Below are positions 54,791-64,000 of a stretch of DNA of 64,000 nucleotides, one piece after another. The position numbers were made by a program, and so were the translations under genes. The stretch lies in assembly GCA_951406725.2 (NCBI GenBank), contig OX597825.1, positions 47,182,001-47,246,000 of the forward strand. Direction: 5' to 3'. How positions within the stretch are numbered: position 1 is the first letter of the stretch; each line of letters opens with the position of its first letter. Origin of the DNA: Octopus vulgaris (lineage: Eukaryota). The notes beneath the pieces were generated by a model, which had not been told where the DNA came from, ran no database searches, and saw nothing but the letters and a program-made list of their open reading frames with translations.

Positions 54791-55299
54791 GAATAAGTGG
54801 TAGTACACAAGTTTTCGTTAAAAAAATATTAACACTTTTATTTTGATTCTGCCAGCCTGTTTACTATACTTAATAATTCTGCTGAAATCTTAAAAACATA
54901 TTTACTGCGAAAATCAAAAATATATTTCTATGTAACAAGCATATTTATGTAACAAACATATTTATAGAAAAAGATCAATTTATGCCTTAATGAAATGAAT
55001 TAATAAACCGAACATTACCATCTGCTCTAAATCACTTTCTGAAGTTGTTAAATTTATTTTTATAAGAAGCGGTGATTAAGATGGGAGCAGGAGATAAGTT
55101 TCCAGGAAGTCAAGATTCCTCAGTTAACGAAGTTAATTTTCACTTTTGCTGCTATTACACTTTTGAAGGGCTTGAAAATAATACATTCCCATTTCCTTAC
55201 GCATTTTTGCATCTATTAAATATATTAACAAATGATGAGGAGTGATGAAGAGTATAAGTAAGCTTCAGGCGGGCAGAAACCTCAGCATTTGTTTCTTTA

Positions 55300-55532
55300 T
55301 TATTGAGTGAGAGAGCAGCGCATGCCATCAAAGTGGCACTGGGATACAATTATACGAAGCCCAATATCCCCATCATGACTACCCGTCATGACACCAGGCA
55401 CATGCGTCACAACCACATGTGCGTGACATGGTGATCTTATATCAAGATAAACAGTGAATAACCTTGCAGGTGGGGCCCAGTTAGAATTTTCTTCAGGTTC
55501 AGTATCCCATCCCGCTCAAAAGATCCCTGAAT
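55300..55532 (-). repeat. Dispersed repeat; inverted relative to copies at 61135-61240 and 61550-61770
   Basis: ATTATTGAGTGAGAGAGCAG.G.ATGCCATCAAA..CCCATCATGACTACCCGTC mirrored at 61685-61770. Confidence 0.7.
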
Positions 55533-55534
55533 AA

Positions 55535-55751
55535 AATCTCAATATATTATCCACATCAACTCCGAGACATCTGTGACGGTAATCTTAATATATTATCGTC
55601 ACAGATGTGATATATTATCGTCATCATCCCCTAGACATTAGTGACGGTAATGTTAATATATTATCGTCATCAACCGCTACACATAAGTGATGGTAATCTC
55701 AATATATTATCCTCATCAACTCCTAGACATTTGTGACGGTGATCTTAATAT
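55535..55751. repeat. Second short 46-bp array (about 4.5 units)
   Basis: Shares diagnostic variants with 49613-49806. Confidence 0.95.
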
Positions 55752-56838
55752 AGGTGAGAAATTGTTTGGGAGTCGTTATGGGGCGCTACATTGGTTGTTT
55801 TGCTTTGAAGACGGGGATTTTATTGATTTTTGGTGACATTGGGGGCCCTAGATTGGACACCTTTCAATCAAATTTTCAACATCGTAAAGTGAAATCGGAT
55901 TTGTAATTTAAGCGCGGAAAATGGGTTCGGAATTTTGAAAATTATGGCAAGATTTTTGAAGTTTATCACCAAAAAATTACCATTATCGCACCCAGTAGCT
56001 TAGTTTAGCTATGTTTGTAGAAAAGCCCAGAAATATTAAAAAAAAGTTATTTCTGCTCATATTTATTCATGAACAGTTTGTTATGCTTTTCTTTTCTTCT
56101 CTATATTTTGACATACTTGACATATCCTCCACTAGAACCAATCTCTCCACGAAGTCTAACAAAGCAACAACTCATTGTTTAGTAATATATTCAAAGCTTT
56201 GTCTATTCTATAAAGAAAATTTATTTTCTAAAAGCAAATATACTTATGGCAGTTCTATTTATGAGAACATCACTCACAACAACATTCGAAACCAGCTAAA
56301 ATTTGATTGCCTAAATTTGAGTTGCATACTTAAATGTCTTCTGATTTTACGTAAGCGCTTGAACCTTAATATTTGGGCTTGGATTATTTTTTATGTTGCT
56401 CCTCCTGTTCTGAACTTATTAACTATTTCTTACAATCGTGAAGTTGCAGATATCAACCCACAAATAAACAACAGTAAGTTTCAAAAAAAAATGTAAGAAT
56501 ATGAAGAGAGATGTCCTTACTGTTTATTTCAGTCTCTACATTCTTTTTACTCTAAGGAGTGGAACGTACGTAATTCAGACCACCTCATGGTTCCAGAAGA
56601 CAGAATAGAAAAGGCGTTGCCTCGGATGATTGCGGGAAAATTGCACAGGAACAGCAACTCCGATACACTGGGCTCGCACTTGCGGGTAGCCGTTTCTGAT
56701 CCGATAGCGGTGAGCAAGCCAAAAGCGAAAACATTTTTAAAGAACTGTGGTCTAATTCATCGAAGATTCTGATACACTTTCCTTATAAAAACAAATCTCT
56801 ATTTCTTGTTGAACTATTTAGAAAGAAATATCTCCTTT

Positions 56839-57006
<168 letters not shown>

Positions 57007-57049
57007 GATTTAGCCGTCTATCCATCCATCTTCGCAGTCAACTAAACAC

Positions 57050-58090
57050 GGGAGGGTCATGAGTGAAGAGTCCTCAAACGCTTCTTCTTTTCGGTTCTGT
57101 CACTGATTTTCGTGCGTGACCAACTGACAGTATAAATGTTATGCAACCAACCCATTCTTGGTCTACCTCTTAATTTCCTGCCAGTTGGTTTCAAATCCGT
57201 ATTTTCTTCGACTCTCTAATCATATGTTCATAGTCCCATAATTGTAACCTCTAAATGTGGAGTAGTTGCAGCTCGAGCTGAAAAAAGTCCTTGACCCCCA
57301 AGTAACGTTACTCTAGAGACCCTTCAGGTGAACCCCCATTTGGGCCACTTGTATTCCCGATTGTACTCTTTCAGTCATTACCCAAAATTCATACCAACCT
57401 ATCCTCTTTTGAGTAATGAATGTTGAAGATGGCTCATTATTGTGCCAGTACTTATACTTCTAGTATCTAATTCAGCCTCCTGCCTCCCATCACTCCTGAA
57501 TGCGGCCCCCATATACTTAAACCTCTCAACTACTCCTAGTGATGATCCCCCAACATTCAGAGTGCACTGAAGAGACATTCTTCGCAATATCAATCCCCAC
57601 CCCTACTTTGCAGCACTATGCAGCGAATCCATTCAGTACTTGCTAGAGATCTCCGTCTGACGAACCACGTATCACCATTATGTCTGTAAATATCAACTGA
57701 CCGATCTTACACCCAACGACTGTGATACCACTTCCACAAGGGTTGTGCATGTCAATCAAGTTCATTAAAATTATGAAAAGACGAAGTGACCAGACACACT
57801 TTTCCAAAGTTTAACACCCATGTTGTAAGGTTACAATATTTAATCGAATACAAACATCTGAGCATTTGTATAGGGACTTACGGCAGCCAGGAGTTGCTCA
57901 TTAATCTCAAAGTCCTGAATAGCCCTTATAACGTGTACCACAATATGCGGTTATATGCACTTTTGAACTCCACACAGCAAGCGTACGCCTCTTGGCAATA
58001 TTTCGACGATTTCTTGAAGGCCTACTGTTCACTGCGTCCATACTGTTCTTTCAGTCGACAATTTCCCTGCATATCTTTTCCAGACACCTA
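57050..58090 (-). mobile_element. RTE-like LINE RT fragment, decayed
   Basis: VERFKYMG..FRSDG..EAELDTR; minus-strand FTDI in the YADD position; LFIILMN. Confidence 0.65.
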
Positions 58091-58214
58091 GCGTAGAGTT
58101 TGCCGTGAAGGCTCAACAAGGAGATGTCTCAGTAATTAGAACATTCCCTCGTCTTCCTTCTTAAAATTTGAGATTATCTCCCCGGATTGCCATTGCTTTG
58201 GTGTCTTTCACTAG

Positions 58215-58590
58215 TATAGGCTACAGTGAAATGCTGGCCAACAAACTGAAACCAGCAATTCGCACCAAACGTTGAGGTCTATTGTCAAAGTAAGTGTTAT
58301 TGCTGCACGAAAATGCACGCCCACATATAGCCATCCACACCGTTGAAACTATCGAGAAATTTGATTTCGAGTTGCTGGACTACTCTGCATACAGTCCAGA
58401 TCTCGTCCCTTCCGACTATCACATTTTGGACCACTCAAACATCGTTTATGAGGTCGTCGATTTGCTAGGGACGAAGAAGCGCCGAAGCAGCCAAAACGAT
58501 TCTTCACCCATGGAATAAGCAATCTTGTAGACCACTGTTCAACCTCTGCTTTTGTTGTAACAAGTTACAGAATCAAGAGACCGTATAATG
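58215..58590 (+). mobile_element. Mariner transposase C-terminal fragment
   Basis: LLLHENARPH and AYSPDLVPSDYH (HDNARPH / YSPDLAPSD motifs). Confidence 0.85.
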
Positions 58591-59255
58591 TTTGACTTAT
58601 CCTCGTAGTTCTCGCTTCTTTCTGATTAACTTTATCTCCCTAATTCATATTCCCGCCTCTTTAATCAAACTACGAGCATACTTGTATACGCTACACTACA
58701 TAGTCCCATAATTGGGACTGATTCACTACACTAAACTTCAATTAAATGGACTTATTCATATTATTATCCTTAATGAAATTTACATTTGACAATATTATTT
58801 CAGACTTTTAACTTCCGGTCAGAATCTGTTATGAAACATTTTATTCTATTTAAAACATTAACAAATCAGTTTTACTTTAAATCTTAAAAATCTTCCGAAT
58901 GAATACTGCACCCTTTATTTTGCTAATTCACTAGCTAGAGGACATAATAATATCTTCTGACGACTGCAGTTTAATATTCGACCAGCAGTTGGAATGTGTC
59001 GCATCTAAAAGCAAAATTAAATATTTCAGTACTATAGCATAAAAGGAATAGAGGTTTATTACATTGTTAAGTACTTTAGTAGGATTAATGAAATGAGTTA
59101 ACTTCAGATTAGATTGAAATAACATTGTATTTAATGTTTTAGGAAGCTTTCTACTCTGCCAAATCAAGATTGGAGCCTGGGAACAGCCATCTGGTTCGCC
59201 AGCCCTCAGTCAAAATCGTCCAACCCATGCTAGTATGGAAAGCGGACGTTAAACA

Positions 59256-59311
<56 letters not shown>

Positions 59312-59329
59312 TGAGAAAGGAACCATACT

Positions 59330-59745
59330 CTGGGATATATCAATACATACAAATAGAGAAATTAATGCTTTCTAAATGATGTATCAATACCAACAGATAA
59401 CGATGTTTCTCTAAAAGAAATAGAGAAACTTTCAAAATACAAGGATCTGGAAATAGAGGTAACTCGAATATGGAGTCTGAAAACAGAAACAATTCCTATT
59501 ATAGTGGGCGTATTAGGTATGATGAAAAAAACTATTCAGATAAATACATAAAAATAAACTCCAGGACTAACAAGTATATATAACACAGAAAATAGCACCA
59601 CTAGGCACCGCGCACATCCTGCGTAAAGCACTTTCAATACAGTAAAAATATGAGCATTGCAACAAACCACAACACATACCCTAGGCACATAGAGCTGCGC
59701 TTGGCAGTGCAATGAAAGCACGTGATAATAAAAGACTACTGAATA
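59330..59745 (+). mobile_element. R4/Dong-like LINE 3' fragment with (CAA/TAA)n tail
   Basis: LIDVSIP.D.....KEIEK.SKYKDLEIEVTRIW..IPIIVG.LG..ILRKALS remnants. Confidence 0.75.
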
Positions 59746-59807
59746 ACAACAACAACAGCAACAATAACAACAACAACAACAACAACAGCAACAACAATAA
59801 TAATAAC

Positions 59808-59862
<55 letters not shown>

Positions 59863-60094
59863 CATCATCATCATAAATATTATATGTTTGACTTTTTTGT
59901 ATGTTTGACTATTATTATGTTTAACGTTTGCTTTGTTTTTGTACAAGTTGGCTTCAAGTCTCACCCAGAGACAAGTTAGAAGTTCATGTTGGTGTTATGC
60001 CTAGGGTCTCATATATGTGGTTTTGAACACAGTATTGTTATTGACAATGTTTAACAAAACATAAGAAGATTATGAGTTTTAAAATTTGAGATTA

Positions 60095-61120
60095 CATAGA
60101 CTTTATTTTACATAGGATATTGGCAGTTCCCATGAACACTATCTTTTGAGTTTCGATCATTTTCGGGTTCCCTGGTATCTGAGCTAGGTAGGAATCAGCC
60201 CCTTTTGCTATCATTCCTAGTGCACGTATGACAGCAGGTATTGTTTTAGTTATCAGGTTCTACATTTTACTAATTTCTATTTCAAGATATTTATATTTGT
60301 TCAGTTTTTGGTAGGTCTTGAGAGATCCATTTATGTCGATTGGGGTAATCATATCAATGAGGAGGCATGATTTTTGTCTGGCCTATTCGCATCTATCTTT
60401 CTGTCAGTTTGAATGGCGAAGTGAGATGTGATCATTTTCAACCACTACAAATGGTTTGTGTTCCCACCAGTTTTTATCATGGGGCAGGTCCAGGTCTTTG
60501 CATAATACCCAGTGAATATATTGTGCTGCTCTATCATGCCTGACGAGATACTCTGTAGGCGCAAGAAGACTGCACTTGGAGATAACATGATCAATGGTTT
60601 CATTTTGTTCTTGACATACACGACATGTTGGGCTACTGCCGTTCTTTAATATGTTGGCCTGGTAGTTTCTTGAAGGTAGGCATTGATCATGGGCTACTAT
60701 GATAAACCCTTCTGTTTCTGATTTTAAGCCAGAAGACACTAACCATTGATGGGTAAAAGCTTTGTCAACATTGGCACTATTAGCTCTCTTTGGGTTTTTG
60801 CCATTGAGAGGTTTTTCTTGCCATTTATCAATAAGAATATCTAAGGCAGCAGCTTTAGCACGGGTTTTCATACGCATAGCTTTTCTGTGCTGGTTTCTAG
60901 TACGTCTCATTCTGGAATTTGTTGTATTTGGAATTCTCTTAGCTATTCATTTGCCTGTTTTGTTACTGAGTATGATGCTTTCTTGTTTTCATGCTTTGAG
61001 ATAAGTTTTAACATCCAGTTATTAGAGTTTTTCAGGTAGGTGTCTAGGCCGATTGTGGCAATCTTCATTGTTAATTCCAGTTGTAAAAGTCCACGGCCAC
61101 CTTCTTGATATGAGATCACC
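60095..61120 (-). mobile_element. R4/Dong-like LINE C-terminal region
   Basis: GGRGLLQ, LKSETEGFI.AHDQ, CRVC...ETIDHV..C, RHD, KYKYLEIE motifs. Confidence 0.85.
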
Positions 61121-63109
61121 GTGTCGTGCACATATGGTTGTGATGCATGTGCCTAGTGTACCCTTATCAGACGGGTCATAATGGGTATACTGGGCTTCGT
61201 ATATTTTACTTTGATGGCATGCACTGCTCTCTCACTCAATACTACTACTACTAGTAATAATAATAATAATGATAGATGCTGTACCAGGCAGTGGCTCTCA
61301 TGGTTTCTTATCTTAAATGATCAGAAGTGTTATCATGTACATTGTTTTGTCTTGGTATAAAAGATGGACTACAGCAAATATTCTGCTCAATACCCCAGAT
61401 TTGATTGTCAGTTGCTTGACTTAGTGGCTGATGATATGTGTATCTCTGATCACGTGTAGAAGTAGTGGGGGAGCATCATAGCCATGTATTGAGAGGAATT
61501 CTTTGGAGTTTAGATAATTCTCCTTTGGAAACATCATCCTTAAAGAAGCCTTATTCAGAGACCTTTTGAGCGGAATGGGCTGAAGAAAATTCTAACTGCA
61601 AGGTCATGCGCTGTTTATCTTGATATGCGATCACTATGTCGCGCCCATATGATTGTGTTGCCTGTGGCTGGTGTACGTTTATCAGACGGGTAGTCATGAT
61701 GGCTATACTGGACTTCGATATTTTACGCCAGTAACATTTTGATGGCATACACTGCTCTTTCACTCAATAATAATATTAATGATAATAATAATCGCAACAA
61801 CAATAAACAAGAATATGAAAAAGGCAAGTAAAACTGTAATATCTTTTATCATCAAACAATAGGAGAGATTTGGTTGTAGTGATCGAAAACTTTGATAATA
61901 ATACTATTACTGATGGTAAATAATGGCCTAGGAGATATAATATTTTTCTCGGTAGTGAAAGAGAAGACTATAAAGAATAAGTAGTATTTTATGAAAGAAA
62001 GCTTAGATAACATGAGAAAAAAAACATTCTTCTAAATTGATTGAAGCTTATTTGTACTTAATTATGTTTCTATTTTGTTTTATTTAATGTAGATTTTTAC
62101 TGATTTATATAAATGTCTATAAAGAGATCTGGATAGAAATAGAAGCCAAGAAGCGTTTACGTGTATAAATTGTTTTGGAGATGTGGTCTAAGATGCCTGT
62201 GTGAGAGCAATACTCTATTGTGGACCTCACCTGAACTTTGTAGAGTATCAATAATTATTGGAGGCTGAAAGGAAACTAGGAAGCGGTTCCAGCTGTCTGA
62301 AGGAAGTTTTTCTCGGTAATAGTAAGACTGAACTGCTATTGTGAACGCGCTAGTTGATTGGTAATCATAATTAAGTGGGTCGTTGACCGATGACATTTAT
62401 TCATATTAATAGCATTTGCATTTTCTTACTATTAAATAAACAGCTTGGTATTGCACATTTCTAAGCTGTTTTAAACTCTGACTCTTGTATAAAATAACTT
62501 TTTTCTCAGATTCTGACATCTGACACCGATTATTTTAAGAGAAAACTTTATCACTACGTAAACGGAATACGATTGTAAACAGTGCATAACTGCTACCTAC
62601 CTACCTACCTACCTACCTACCTACCTACCTACCTACCTACTGCGTCGTCCGCAAAAGAACACCGTGAACCAATCCTCCAGAATTCCTTCTACTGCACTGC
62701 TCTTCATAGGCCAGTCTTCAGTAGACCAGAGTCTTCAACCAGTTGGTCGATCATATCCTGGGAAGACAACCCCAAGGTTGCTTTCCATGTGCTGGTCCCC
62801 ACATAAGCATTTGACTCAAAACATCGTTCTTGCTACGAAAAAAGTCCACAGGATCTCAGTGTTCTTTAGACTATAGTGGAGGTAGACTCAAAAGATTACT
62901 ATAAAGTACCTGGTTTCATGGATGGGACTTTTATTTGAAGTAAATTGCCCCTCTCAGAAGTCTTGTCGATGTTCCATCTGGTCTTCTTTGCTTACAGTAA
63001 AAAGTGGATAGATTCTACACTAAGAGTGTTTTGACCAAGAACGAAAAATATAATTTATCGGAGTCGCTCACCTTGTTAAAAAAGATAATGCATCATCTGA
63101 ACATTTCCT

Positions 63110-63110
63110 G

Positions 63111-63198
<88 letters not shown>

Positions 63199-63216
63199 GC
63201 CTATCTGTCTGTCTGT
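63110..63216. repeat. (TCTA)n tetranucleotide microsatellite
   Basis: Read directly. Confidence 0.95.
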
Positions 63217-64000
63217 CAATATATACACACATACATGCACACACACACACTCACACACACATGCACACACACACATACAATTATAATATATCTATATAAA
63301 ACAGAAGAAACTAAAGTCACCAAGAAGGAGTACGATTGGACAGTTATTTTCAAATCACTACAATTGTTTCTACCCAACGTGGTTCTCCAAAACTACAGGT
63401 ATTTGATTATGCAACTGTTTGCATAATGAGGTCCAGTTGTGTTTCCTCAAGTGTTGTCTCCGTTAGTTTGATATCCTCGACTTCAAGGCCATCCTATCCG
63501 TCCGTCTTGGTTTGAATTTTGCAGTAATTGGTAGATTTATGATGTTTGCTGTCAGAGTGTGTTTTCTGGACTATTACGAGTGGTAGTGGATGGCTGTTTT
63601 GGTACCGGCTGATCGCTGATCTGTTATTCAGGATTGACTTTCAATGCAAATTTTAGTTGCTGACCTTCAGTATTCAGTGGTCCGATAAATACACACATGC
63701 ACACACAGATACCCACATACAAACAAACCTCTCACACACAAACAAACCTATGTGTATATGACTGTATACACACACAAATACACTCACATATACACAGATA
63801 CACATACATTCGGATACATACACACATACACTTACAGACTCACACAAAAAGAAACCTACGAGTGGAAACAACTGTAGTGATTAAAAAATAACTGCCCAAC
63901 TGTACTCCTTCTTGTTGATTCCAATTTCTTCAATTTTATATTCACACACGTCGAATACCCAAACATAAAGCTGGAAGTGTATAATAATGCTACAGGATAG

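Larger units (their letters stand above)
45510..56005 (+). mobile_element. Putative Helitron-like element hosting the 46-bp array (left arm 45510-45990, right arm ~55750-56005), heavily interrupted
   Basis: 5' TCTACAATTAATAAAGCTGAA resembles the 5' ends of the 11581 and 39140 Helitrons; the 3' terminus is degenerate and uncertain. Confidence 0.4.

Noticed and set aside
56011-56496. 161-aa ORF
   Set aside because: AT-driven composition, no recognisable motif

Overview
AT-rich, repeat-saturated eukaryotic (animal) DNA with no intact protein-coding gene that I can support. The (TA)n/(CA)n/(TATG)n load and the tRNA-derived SINE types resemble octopus/cephalopod DNA (inference, not checked by search). 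Most long ORFs are decayed transposon pieces: L1/Tx1-like, RTE, R4/Dong-like, CRE-like and CR1-like LINEs, a Ty3/gypsy remnant, a solo LTR, Tc1 and mariner elements, and non-autonomous Helitrons. Three things stand out. (1) About ten minimal type I hammerhead-ribozyme motifs (CUGANGA...GAAA, short often palindromic loop 3) lie mostly beside (TA)n tracts; three distinct ones have an intact catalytic core. (2) Several near-perfect foldback palindromes are anchored on microsatellites, including a 450-bp one with a hammerhead in each arm that is absent from a local duplicate. (3) A 2.7-kb array of a 46-bp hairpin-forming repeat sits inside a Helitron-like element, interrupted by a solo LTR and by a 5.7-kb segment flanked by duplicated array units. 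Coordinates were read by eye; the ends of decayed elements are approximate.
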